From NCBI RefSeq assembly GCF_000150275.1, contig NW_002060944.1, positions 1,005,232-1,069,231 of the forward strand: a stretch of 64,000 bases of DNA, read 5' to 3'. The notes under the pieces are model-generated. The model ran no database searches and was not told the DNA's origin. It was given only the letters and a program-made list of their open reading frames with translations. The stretch is from Trichoplax adhaerens. Taxonomy: Eukaryota; Animalia; Placozoa. The translations under genes were made by a program, and so were the position numbers. Below are positions 41,725 to 54,311 of the stretch, piece after piece. Position 1 is the first letter of the stretch, and the number at the start of each line of letters is the position of its first letter.

Positions 41725-44700
41725 ATGTCTTCGCTTTTAACCTTCGATGCGTTAACACACGCCATTGCTGGAGCTTCTGTAAGCTTTTACCTAGACTAAA
41801 TTCTTGGCTAATTGTTCATTTTAGACTTGATTGTGTATAACTACAATGTTGCCTGTTAATGAATACAGTAAGGTTGATGTCAAAAACAGTAAGTAGAGAA
41901 GGCATGAGTAAAAAGGATCGACTGTAAAACCAGAACATTTATAGCGATCGATCAATACAGTTAGTTGTATTGACTGTAAGAATGCCTTTGATTATGTTAT
42001 TACTTTAGCGTTAGCCATTCCTTGCACAGTACACAGTCGACACTATCGCATTCTGATAACGGTCGAAAAGTTGCAAGGTTGCAAGCTATTAAACCGTATT
42101 GCATATGCGCTCATACAATCCATTATTACTATCCATATATCATGTCCGTTTATAGCCATTCGTGCAAATTTTGGTCAATGGATGCGTGCATCATCTTCAA
42201 AGCTTGTTTATTTCTGATAATTTTTCATGATTATCGTATTATTCTAAATAGGGCAGCGCGGTAGCGATGTCTACCTTTTATCCATTAGATCTGGCTAGAA
42301 CTCGTCTGCAAGGTAATGTATAGGAGATTTTGTACAGATTTAGGCGGCATTTAGACACAACACTTTGCAAGTATGGCAGTTGAGCTTTTTGCATGCTCAA
42401 TACTTTAGTGCTTATTCCTACGGGCTCTACTGAAATTAGAATAGCATTTCATAGAGTGCATGGATGGGTTATTTCGATGTGCCAGCTAGCTCATACTGTA
42501 CACTGTATGTTACGATACATCATGATCAGCCAACTCTGTCAACGTATTAGCTCAACCCTAATTAATGGAGAACATCTCCGCATGGAGTTAACACCAAATC
42601 TGAGATAGTGGGCTGATGAAGCATTCGCCGATTCAGTATCTCAACCTTGATGTTAACTTTAATTAATTCTTTACTTAGGGTTAACCTCTGACGTTGACAT
42701 TCTTATAACCAGGTTGTCTGAGCGCGTTTATATTAAATACTGTGTTTAGCTATCTAATTCGGATATATAAACAACCACCTTAGCGTACTTATATGCTCAC
42801 GTGATACATATGCACTGTATATTTAGCTACTGCTTAACAAAGTCAATTCTAGCTGACTTGATTTCTGTAGCAATAGCTGAAATAAGGCTGATGCAATTCT
42901 GTTGCTTGATAGTAAGCCATGTGCACTTATTAAACTGTCGAACATCGTGCGAGTTAGGCAGCTATCAGCTTGCGAATGAGCTTGAAAGATAAATACATGG
43001 CGCAATTGCAGTACTTTACTAACTATAAATACCTCTGTATTTATATTACTTTTTGTTAATATTTTTCATTGATATCATCGTATGCCTTTGTGGATCTTTG
43101 CATGATCAATGTATAGTTGATATGCAGACCAAACTGGTTAAACCAACCCATCAGATATTAGCCAAAATTATCCGAGAGGAAGGATTGTAAGATAAATTGT
43201 TTTATAACCATTACTTTAAAATATTGCAAATACAATAGAATCATATGAACAACACGGGTTAATAACTAAACCAATTGTCGCTACACTTTCTCCGTAGATC
43301 TGCTCTTTATACCGGCTTCGGACCTGTGCTAACCAGCCTGTATTGTTCGAATTTTGTCTATTTTTATGCCTTCAATGGATTGAGGATGTTGGATGTGGTT
43401 AAACAACTACCTTTAACTCAGTCAGTTAGTGATTTAGTGGTTGGAATGGTTGCTGGTAAGTCTTTCGCGCTTGAATATTATTTCAAAATATATATTTAGA
43501 TATGTTCATCAATTAAATATTGGACCAACCTATTGGTAGTATCGATTGTAGTGTATGGTTAAGCCATTACATTTTCATAGATTATGGAAAGAGAACATTA
43601 CTTTAAGTGGAAATAAGAAAATTAATTAATTGCGCACTTCTTAATTTTTGAAGGAGTTTATTTCAATTCGAGATCATTAGCGGCATTCAATATAATAGCT
43701 AAATTTAATTCTCTGTAGATTCTGTCATATTAGAAATCGTGATGTTAAATTTTTGTTATAGTACTGAGTTTATGCGTTTCTACTTGCTATCTTCATTTTA
43801 CGAGCTTAAAAAAAGACAACAATATAAACAGTATAGTAATTGTGAATGTTATGCTTACAGTCTTGAATTAAAACTTGCTAAGTGTTGGTAATGTAATACA
43901 GGTACTATTAATGTTTTTGCAACAACTCCACTTTGGGTTGCAAATACAAGACTGCGTTTGCAAGGTGTGACTGTTCGTGATTATAACAATAAAGTCATAA
44001 AAAAGACTCAGTATACCGGTATTTTTGGTAAGTTGACGTTAATGTAATGCCACCTAATTCAAATTGAGCTACATTGTATACGAGTAGACAGTCTAATTGA
44101 TAAAGTATCGTTATTATAATGGCAGATTGCTTTAGACGTATTATCAAGGAAGAGGGAATACTTTCCTTATGGAGTGGTCTAGCACCATCATTGGTATTAT
44201 GTTGTAATCCCGCTATTCAGTTCATGTCATATGAAGCTCTTAAAAGATACATTACTCGAGGAAAAAACAATATGCAGGTTACTCGTTAAAATCATTTAAA
44301 GCTGGAGTCTTCAAATGAAATAGCGCTATTATTATTATTATGATTACTACTATTAATTTACATGAATAGCCTTATGTCGAAATGGTTGCCGCTGGTTACT
44401 ATTCTATTTTATCACTTAGCTCATAATAGGTCGTAACTTGTATGTACAACTGGTGTTTTTACTGTAGATTCCATCTTGGTTGGTATTCCTAATGGGCGCA
44501 ATCTCAAAGGCTATTGCAACTGTGCTCACTTACCCTCTGCAAGTCTCTCAAGCTCGTTTAAGGGTAACTTCATATAAAATAACTGCCGCATAAAGACAGG
44601 TGTCGTTAATATTAACTATTAGTTTATATGTCCATAAATACCCTTAGCACAATACTTCTGAAAAGGCCAATAAGAAGCGTACCTTCATTACTATCATGCA

Positions 44701-44993
44701 GGAGATAATTAGGTTTGTAACTCATTGTGTATTAATTCGTAAGTTTACCGAAATATTTAAGATTATTAATCCTTAAAGATCAACCTAACATGACAGTCAC
44801 ACATCGAATTTTACTCTGTCTTATTTACCTCGCTAGGCATGAAGGTTTCTCTGGTCTATTCAAAGGCTTGGAGGCGAAGCTATTACAGACCGTCTTAACT
44901 ACAGCTTTGATGTTTACCATGTATGAAAAGATTATGTCGTTCGTTCTGTTTGTAACGAAGGCATCACGAAAGAAGGCATCATTGTCTGCTTAA
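41725..44993 (+). CDS. SLC25A17: Peroxisomal cofactor carrier PMP34, copy B, multi-exon
   Basis: [18 protein letters not shown]|[86 protein letters not shown]; same intron positions as copy A. Confidence 0.94.
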
Positions 44994-45899
44994 CTCGCAT
45001 GTAATCTAGTGCATTGTTAAAATTAGTTTTCTTCAATATCTTTGATATCAAACATTTTTTGTACAAAGACTTGTAGTAAATGTAATATTGCATCGTTAAT
45101 ATATGTTTATAAAGTTCTTTTGTACAGACTATAATACAGTATGCAGTAATGATATGATTAATTATCCGCTGTAATTTGTACCTTCACGAATAGTAGGTCC
45201 TTAAATTAACGATTATAATTTAGATGATATTTATTAGTGGATATTTATAATAGTTCAAGAACGATGTACATGTACTGCATATCTGAAAATTTGTAACGGA
45301 AAATGTACCAGCTATTGATGGTTGCTATTATGCCGAAGAATATTACCCCCATACGTTGTAAAGTATTTGCTAGCAGTATCAAAAAATCATTCAATGTGTT
45401 CATGAATGTCATGGAATAAATAGGTAGAAGGGCTCATGCGTTACTATTATTGCAAGCTTTATTACAACTTTGTTTTACGCGTAGTATAAATTTATGCAAA
45501 AACATGAATTTTAAGATAAAAAATAAAAATATATTTGCTGGCTCTAGGCTACCGATATTTTCAGGTTTGTTCCTAATCGATACCGTAAGAATTCTTGTTT
45601 CTGGTAGTTACGCGTTATCAACTTTGCATTACTTTTGCTTGATATCTTAATTTGCGTAGTAGTTGTAAGCAGTGTAGCGTGCAATAATGTCATATATATT
45701 GTACAGCATTTTTGTGCATCAGATTTACATAACAGAGTCAGACTGCCAGAGTACAGCATTAGGCGAAGAAAATGAGGTGTAGAGAGAAGATTGCTTTGAG
45801 TTAGGATACATCATTAATTTAGCAAGATTCCAAGCACACCATATTACAGTAATATACTACTGCATGCTGTACAGTCTACCGTACCAAAGTTTGCATGTG

Positions 45900-46143
45900 G
45901 TATTACTAATTATTATATAATCCATTAAGACTTTACCATCTTAGATAAGACTATGTTATACAATCCATTTCTAATTATTATATAATCTATTAATACTTTA
46001 CCATCTTAGATAAGACTATGTTATATAATCCATTAACACTTTACCACCTTAGATAAGACTGTTATATAATCCATTAACACTTTACCATCTTAGATAAGAC
46101 TGTTATATAATCCATTAACACTTTACCATCTTAGATAAGACTC
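45900..46143. repeat. Minisatellite, about five copies of a 41-bp unit
   Basis: GTTATATAATCCATTAACACTTTACCATCTTAGATAAGACT is repeated. Confidence 0.93.
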
Positions 46144-46211
46144 TTTTTACATACAGTATGGAAGAAAGTAGAAACTATTATTTACTTTACGATTACGGCA
46201 GTCAAAATAGT

Positions 46212-46236
46212 CAGGGACTTATCTTAGTAGTCCCTG
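46212..46236. mobile_element. 25-bp TIR-only mini-element (CAGGGACT-N9-AGTCCCTG)
   Basis: Perfect 8-bp inverted ends and a perfect 7-bp flanking duplication AAATAGT (46205-46211, 46237-46243). Confidence 0.68.
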
Positions 46237-47001
46237 AAATAGTGTGCAGCAGTGTTTTGCAGTAGAAACGAATTCTATGATATATTATAAAAATAGCATA
46301 GTGAATATGCATACCATAGTCTGCTACGAATACCAGCAGCACTACTCAGTGTATCTTGCTATACTGTGCGATCTATATAAAAGCTTTTACATGTGAGCAG
46401 ATCGAATACACCACTTGTATGACTGTATAGAGAGACTAACCGATACTGTACAGGCGAATGTTCTGTGTACACTGCCTGATTTCGAGTACCAACAGTACAG
46501 TACTGTAGTTGGCAATCTTGCCGATGGCGGCCATGATTTCCCTGAGGAGGCTCGTAATTCCACTGAAGGAAAATCTACTGTAGTAACATGATAACTTTAA
46601 ATCTTAGCAGATCTAGAGAAAGATAATATCCCTTAGCGTCTAGATTCTGATTTAAAAGCTAATTGTATTTGGCAGTGTTGTGTTATATCGCATGAAAGCC
46701 TTGCGTTCCGAAAGAAAGTGAAGATTATTAATTCCAATCAGATTTTGATATTAATGCAGGTGGATTGAAATACTTTGCAATGCAGCAATTCTTAAATAGG
46801 CTTTTCTGATCTGCCAATTTTAGCTGATACCATTGGTATTAACACTATTGCTATTGATAGTTTTAGCACCACGATTGAAGAATTTGAAAGCTACAACTGA
46901 TTTATCCTATTGCGACGGAAAATTTCCACACTAGTGGCCTACAACTTCTACAAGATTCACATAAACATACGCGTAATTTTGCCTAGCTACTCGATTGAAT
47001 C

Positions 47002-47742
47002 ATGCCATGCTATCGCTTCTACTTAAATTCCAACCTGGTCAAAAATGGTAGAGTTGCCTTACAAGGCGATCAGTTACATCATATGAAGAATGTAATGCGA
47101 CTGAGAGTCGGAGAAACGGTAGAAATTATAAATGGTAGAAATCAATTAGCACAGGCCAGGATCGATGCTTATCAAGGCAATCAAATTGCTCACGTAAACA
47201 TTGATCAAGTCTTGACGCAATTAGTACTGGATAAACCGAGAATCAATTTAATTCAGCCACTTATACGAAGTAAAGGCTTAGATCTTGTCATCGAGAAATG
47301 TACTGAATTAGGAGTAAGCCATTTTTACCTCTACGCCAGTGAACTTGGTGAAATTTCGCAATTTAGCTCTGCACGTTGTAAGAAATTAACTGAGATTGCT
47401 ATAAGCGCTATAAAGCAATGTGGCCGCCTCGATTTACCAACGTTGACATTTGCTGATCGTTTGCATAATTTAAAATTACAATCAAATGTGCACCCAATAT
47501 GTTTTGGTGATACTAGGCACTTGGATAATGCTCAGGTTGGATTTACGCCTCAATCCACCCTAGCTCAATGTAAAACTGTCTGCATCGGACCTGAGAAAGG
47601 ATTTTCCGATAAAGAAATCAACTATTTAGAAAATCAACTTGGTGCTACTGGCATCAAGATAAGTCCTTTCATCTTAAGAAGCGAAACTGCCTCTATTACG
47701 CTGACGGCCTTGACAAGCTATGCAAGCATATTGAAACAATAA
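47002..47742 (+). CDS. rsmE: 16S rRNA m3U1498 methyltransferase (SPOUT family), intronless, bacterial type
   Basis: Full-length 246 aa with the RsmE motifs HHMKNVMRLRVGE, LDLVIEKCTELGV, AIKQCGRLDLP, CIGPEKGFSDKE and ILRSETA. Confidence 0.95.
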   Translation: MPCYRFYLNSNLVKNGRVALQGDQLHHMKNVMRLRVGETVEIINGRNQLAQARIDAYQGNQIAHVNIDQVLTQLVLDKPRINLIQPLIRSKGLDLVIEKCTELGVSHFYLYASELGEISQFSSARCKKLTEIAISAIKQCGRLDLPTLTFADRLHNLKLQSNVHPICFGDTRHLDNAQVGFTPQSTLAQCKTVCIGPEKGFSDKEINYLENQLGATGIKISPFILRSETASITLTALTSYASILKQ

Positions 47743-48339
47743 TGCTTTCCACTTACAGTGCAATGCATCTACAACGTCATTATCGCCAGATCATGTTGTG
47801 CTATTCAATTGTTGTATGTTATGGTGATAGCGCCTTTTTATCGTAGTAAGAGTCATGCATGGCCTATATTTTATATAAATATTATTAAACTGTAACGTCA
47901 AGAGTAATTCATATTTTATTTTTTATGAACGATCTGTCGTCAGATTTTGGTTCTAAAAATATATTATATTATAACATAAATTACAAAATAACAGATACGT
48001 AATGAACACGATTTACGTCATCGAGCTCAGAATTCCTTGCTTTATGCAATAGTTATCAATTTGGTTAAAAAAATATCGAACTTGGCATTTCTCTCATGCT
48101 CGCAATATCCTATTAAATTACAACAACCATGATCATCGTTCAAAAATAATGGGCTATTTACACAATTGATCACGGTATTTATAACTACAGAAATGATATT
48201 CCATTAATAATATTATTATTTACCTACTATAAAGAATAATGAAATGAAAATAATAAGCTGGTAAAAAATATTCTTTGTTATAGCATTAAGACATCATCCC
48301 ACTTTTGCTAGGTAAATATGGGTTTACAGTGCGCTACTG

Positions 48340-51300
48340 TCATGAGGTCTGTTCAGGCTCTTCCGTAAAATTTTCAGTTGCAAAAGCCATAGCTTCCTGA
48401 AGTCGTGACAGCCTGTAAAGTCAAAAAATAATTGGATATTGCTTATTACACTTATAGCAATTTATTTGCACGATAGTTGACTTTCAGATTTATGCAGTAC
48501 GAGTAATTCTAAAGTTAAGGCAGAACAATAGATATTTATTATATAACCTTCCACTGCGGCTAGATGGCCGTTGTCCTGCAGAATATGGTCGCTCATCCAT
48601 TGCGCTCTTGGAAGGTGATATTGCTGCAATAGTAAAATTCAGCAAACAAGAATTTAAATGAAAGATTTAATGTGTAATTTGTACACATATACTTTGAATA
48701 TACAATAATAATTCTTGATAACATGACTGAATCGATTATACATGACAGTCAAATCTAGATTTCTAGTTTTACTAGCAACGCAATTAACTTGACTTCAACG
48801 ATGTATAAAATAACAGGAATTTATTATGTCCTACTCTGCTACTACTGTTTTTTTGTTATAAACCTACACTACCAAAAGATTAGTAGTAGTTCAGCTCCTT
48901 ATAGAAAAATATGCTGTGCAATTGATACTAAGGATCTCAATATGTAAAAATAAATAATACATCGTTTTATCATTGTACGCGAATATATACTAAAGTGTAA
49001 ATTTGAAGTTAATCATACATCGTTTAGACATGGCTTGTACAGGGAGTAGCTCATCGATTGATTTCCGGATAGAATTAAATCTATATATTGCAATTCCATA
49101 GGAAATAACAAGAAGTCATTATTTTATCATTACACATAGAACGATATTAATAAAATAAATAGGCAAGCAAACCTTTCTTGTACTGAAGTTTCAAATGTAT
49201 GCAATTGCCTTGTAGAAAATTTAATTATTTCCTCTACCTCTTTGGACTCGAATCCTATATATGGCAGAAATTTTCGTTCAATTATTATATTGCAATACTT
49301 TGTAATAAGCTCGTTAAAAGCCGTAGAGATATATCCGTAGTAAGTAAGTAAGTACTTGTACTGAGTTGTACATAATAGAATCGGTAATACTGTATATCGC
49401 TATTAATGGAGATATATGGGACTGCAAGAAATACAACGCCAACCTGACATTTTTCTCATAATAATAGTTGCAGAACCCGGTCGTTTCGGATTATTTTTCG
49501 ATCTCTTTTGTTTCTTGGAGTTAGAATATAACACAAAAGTCCAAATATCTTATACATTAACATACTTGCGAAAATCTAGCATAACGATTAGCTTCTATAC
49601 TAGATACCTTGTTCAAGGATTCCAGATTTAGAACAAGTTCCCATATCTTGGCTAAAAATCTAACACATGAGAAGCATTACTTTAGCTGCAACAGCCGATG
49701 AAATTACTCAATAGTCTGCTAACATTCTTATTTGTTACAAGTATAAATCAATAAAAGGCATATGATTACCCCCTATATTCCGGAGTTGACTCAACAGGAT
49801 TTCCTTAATTTCAATTTTAAAGAGAATATTTTGGACATCATTTGCACAAAAATATTGCAGTGAAGAGAAAATAGGCATCAAATAAATTATAGCGATTTGT
49901 GCTAACAATTTTACTGACCTATTAGTAAATATTCTGTTGCGGTAGAAATTAACTTTAGTGATTCCTAAATAATGAAAAGAACCATTTTTAAGTTTTTGCA
50001 AGATAGTCTCGTGTATAGAATTTTCAGGTAAGAAGAGAATATCCAATGGTGATAGTCAACGTTGTTATATCTACAAACGATTATGTAAAGTAATGATTCA
50101 GATCTGTCACTACTTCTAGGCTAGATACCCATATCTCTTGAAAAAATGCAATGACAGCTGTCATAAATCATCAAGCAGTTTCATATTGACAACTGACTAC
50201 AATACAGTGGCAGAACACAAAACGTATTTAAAAGCAGTATGCATCGTGAGATAACTTACCATATCTTCAATAAAAGATATCTGATTTCGTTGTATATCAA
50301 GTATTTCGAGAGCCGGAAATTGAACATTTATTCTCTTTAAATAGTTGTAATAGATACCATTAAAGACTATTTATACGTTAATACTTCATACTTGTATTAC
50401 GACGATAATCATTGAATATGAAGTACCGATATTGATGAAATCAGATTGTCAGCTGCTCGCAGTTCTTGCAGTCGCCTGAAAGTGTCAAGTTTTTATCTTG
50501 ATAAGGATACTTACCGGATAGTATTCAGAATTCAGTTTAATTAAATAAATACAAACCCCATTTTCCCTAATGATTCCAAAGTCTGTATTTTATTTCGGCT
50601 GATATTAAGATTCTATCAAAGTAAATTAAATTCAAAATTAGTTGGGCATGTCGCTCAATAAATCGTCCAGTTTTTGGATTTCTTATGTATTTCTATTTCT
50701 ATTCTGGAACGACATGCTTGTATAGATTTATTTAAAATGATTGTTAACACTTACATTCAAAACATGTAAACCATTCAAGCTACCAACATCGGTAAGACTG
50801 TTACCTGATAGATCTAATTCCGACAGCTAGTAAAAAATTGCATAAATTATGTAGATTTGATTAATCTAATTTCACTTATAACTAGCGAAATGGTGCAGTC
50901 TGAGTTACAGCATGAAAAATACTCGCATAAATTTTTTGATAATGTTCATTATTATGGTGCTTGTATCGTACTAACTGATTTGCAAGCAAGACTATCCGGT
51001 AGATGCTCTATTTGATTATTTGCTAATCGTAGTTCCGTTAAGGCTTTCAAACAGCAGATATTCTATAGATATCAACAGAAATAAGTCATATCATCACAAA
51101 ATTGAGATGCATCAGTCATAAATAATGGTATTATGATCCCAGCTGATACTTTTACGGGAGGTATTTTATTTAGATTAACGAATCACGAAATGACTGAATG
51201 AACGACTTGAAATTATAATTACTCCTATACTAGCCCCATTATATCACATAAATGCCGAAAGATACTCACCGTTAAATCATGGATACAATTGTTGCTCATG

Positions 51301-53472
51301 TCTAAGCTACTTAAATTTGGGCAACAAGTCAACGTGTTTTTTTCCACTTTATTAATTTTATTATTGTCTATCCGGAGGAGTTTGAGTGCCCTTAACGATT
51401 TTAAACCGTTGCCTAAATGAAATTAATAACAGCTAATCAATAAATATGCTACTGGTAATATTACACAATCTATGGTATACAAAACCTAAGATAAATTTGA
51501 ATACTACTTACCTATTTCAGTAATGTTGTTAAACTGAAGAATTAGGTTAGTTAATCCTTTAAGTCTGTCATTGTGAACATTTTTTAGTTAGATTAAGAAA
51601 GTAGATAAGTATACTGTACACTGTACAGTATAAAATTGTACATACAATAGGTAACTAGAAAGGTATTATCGACACTGGCCGTAGCATACACTTGTATGTA
51701 CTGTCGTTGTTAAATTATTATTGATCGTTTCTGGGAATGTTGATGTTGACAGCTACTGGTTACTTACTTCTCTAAGCCATTTAACTCAGAAATTTTGTTC
51801 GAGTATAATTTCAGTTCACGCAATTCCTATACAGAAAAAGGTGAAAGTCAAATCCCTAGAAACTTATATGGGAACACTGGTGTGGAGAGGTTGTTATATA
51901 CTTGTTTTACGATACGTATATCAAACATGCTATATTAATCAGTAACAAAAATACCTGATTGTGTTGTAAACCATCTATCCATTCTATCTTATTACATGAT
52001 AAATCCAAGACTCGAAGCTTTATAAACTGTATTTAATGATGGAGTTAAAGGAAGAGTGAAAATAAAGTTAATTAATTATAATTCTTTATTTATTGGATTC
52101 TATTGACATTGATTCCAATAGCAAGCATAACGACATAGCCCCATTGCATACGGTATTACTAGTTCATAGTAAAGATAACAATAACGATAGAAATCATTGA
52201 TTTGGCTTTGATATACTTTTACTTGTATTGTCATTGTTGACCTATTGATACTATCATGGCAGGTGTGAGGAATGATTTTACCTTTTCTAAGTTTGCAATT
52301 CTTGTTATTCCAGTGTTGCTTATATCCAGGCTATAAACGTCGGCGTAGTGTTTTTCGTTGCATTTCTTCAACTATTGGATATACAATACGAAAACACATA
52401 TCATGAAACCAGATCAATCAATCCATTGGTCAGGAAATTAATACTACTCTTATATTGGTTGTTAATTTGCAATTGTTGAAGCTTTTAGTACTGTAGCTAA
52501 TGAAGTATCTGGCTAGTTTAGTAGACAGCCGAATGCAGTACCATCTACTGTCACGCAGTAACTGTATTTATCTATATTAAGACTTTTGTTAACTTTCAGA
52601 ATAATAACTTACGTCATAGCTATTTTTTCCATCAGTCACTGTACAGTATGTATCTAATTCTATGATCACTGCACACAGCAGCTAATGAGGGATCTGGCTA
52701 GTTTAGTAAACAGCCGAATGCAGTACCATCTACTGTCACGCAGTAACTGTATTTATCTATATTAAGACTTTTGTTAAGTTTCAGAATAATAACTTACGTA
52801 ATAGCTATTTTTTTTCCATCAGTCACTGTACAGTATGTATCTAATTCTATGATCACTGCACACAGCAGCTAATGAAGTATCTAGCAAGTTAATTAGTTCA
52901 CGTGTATGTTACAGGCCGAGTAATGTATTATACGTGTACAATATATTGCTCTAATCGGCGATATTGATAGGCTCTCTCAATATCATAGTGTCCATATTAT
53001 TGTTAGGAAAGAGTAACTGTATCCTTTTCGAAATTCACTCTATCCTTATACCGTGTCTATTTATCGATCTTGAAGCTTATACTGAATGATAACAATTTAA
53101 TTCAATAATTCTAATTGATGTGTATCGATTGGAAGGTTAATTTATTCCTTACCGATGACTATAGCAAGTACTATAGGTAACTATCAGCTTCAAAATTGAT
53201 TGCATTCTACTATCATTCTTAATTCACCCATATAGAAGTCTATGCTGGAGAATCATCATAATTCACTTGACTGTTCATTTCGTTTCCATGCCTAAAGTAT
53301 GTTGACTATACTCTTGCTCTAAAGCTACTGCTGCATTTCGTGAGCTGATTCTGTCATAGCTTACCATATCTTCAGCTGCAATCACAACAATGTCTTGATT
53401 ACTGCCGAAAATAGTTTTACTGGCAGCTTTATCCTTTAGCTTTTTGACTTCTTTACGATCGTGTGAAGTCAT
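48340..53472 (-). CDS. Leucine-rich-repeat protein (SDS22-type repeats), multi-exon; exon set approximate
   Basis: Exons encode SLDISNTGITRIANLEK, LRVLDLSCNKIEWMDGL, LKGLTNLILQFNNITEI, LKLLRIDNNKINKV, LSSLDMSNNCI, LTELRLANNQIEHLP, ELDLSGNSL and LEILDIQRNQI. The last exon is RLSRLQEAMAFATENFTEEPEQTS*. Confidence 0.82.
52495..52885. repeat. Near-identical intronic tandem duplication, 185-bp unit
   Basis: AGCTAATGA.G.ATCTGGCTAGTTTAGTA.ACAGCCG... at 52495 and 52680, plus a partial third start. Confidence 0.93.
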
Positions 53473-53519
53473 GGCGTTCTCTTCTGTGTTGAAATCTATC
53501 CAAAGTTGTTTAGCAATAA

Positions 53520-54140
53520 TCCGCCATTTTGAAACTGCCGCCGGGTGAGCAGATACTAGTGATCCTTATACGGTACTGTACGTACAGTACCGTACTACCC
53601 TAACATTATCACCAATACCGTACAGTACAGTACAACAGGTACGGTACCGTACTGTACTGTATACTGTACTGTACTGTTTCGTCGGATGGACGGACTTCTC
53701 ATGTACGAGATTGGTACTGAACCGTACTGTACGGTACGGTACAGTAGTGTACAGTATGTACTGTAGTGTACAGTATGTACAGTGTGAACCAGTTCGAATC
53801 AGAGTACTTTAAGGTACCCTAAAATCACGAGTGTGAATCAAAATGTAATAAGAATTATACGAATATAAAGCTGAATAACTTTGAGACGTAAATAACAATT
53901 TAAAAATGTCGACCTTGAAAGTGTACAGTACAACTGCTATACTGTACACTGTACAGTATAGTGTGTACTGTGCACTATATGGTCGGATGGACAGACTTCT
54001 CATGAACGAGATGTCGAGATTGGTACTGAACAGTGTACAGTACACTGTACAGTATTACACAGTACTGTGTACTGTGTGGTCGGATGGACGGATTTATCAC
54101 GTACTGTACTGTATACTGCATGTACAGTACAGTATATTTA
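53520..54140. promoter_or_regulatory. Bidirectional LRR/PMM promoter with (TACAG)n tract, YY1-like site and repeated GTCGGATGGAC module
   Basis: Divergent ATGs at 53472 and 54312; CCGCCATTTT at 53521; GTCGGATGGAC at about 53681, 53982 and 54079, two of them followed by GAGATTGGTACTGAAC. Confidence 0.7.
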
Positions 54141-54311
54141 ACTGGACCACAGCTGACGGAGTTTTGTTGACTGCGATTGAGCAAACCGGATACAACTAAC
54201 TCGGAGATTTCATTTTGGTGCGTAGAACTACTGGTAGTTAAAGTGTCGACGAGAATCGGTTGTAAAAAGGAGATCAACATTTAGGAAATTGATTATTTAG
54301 AATCGGTGAAA

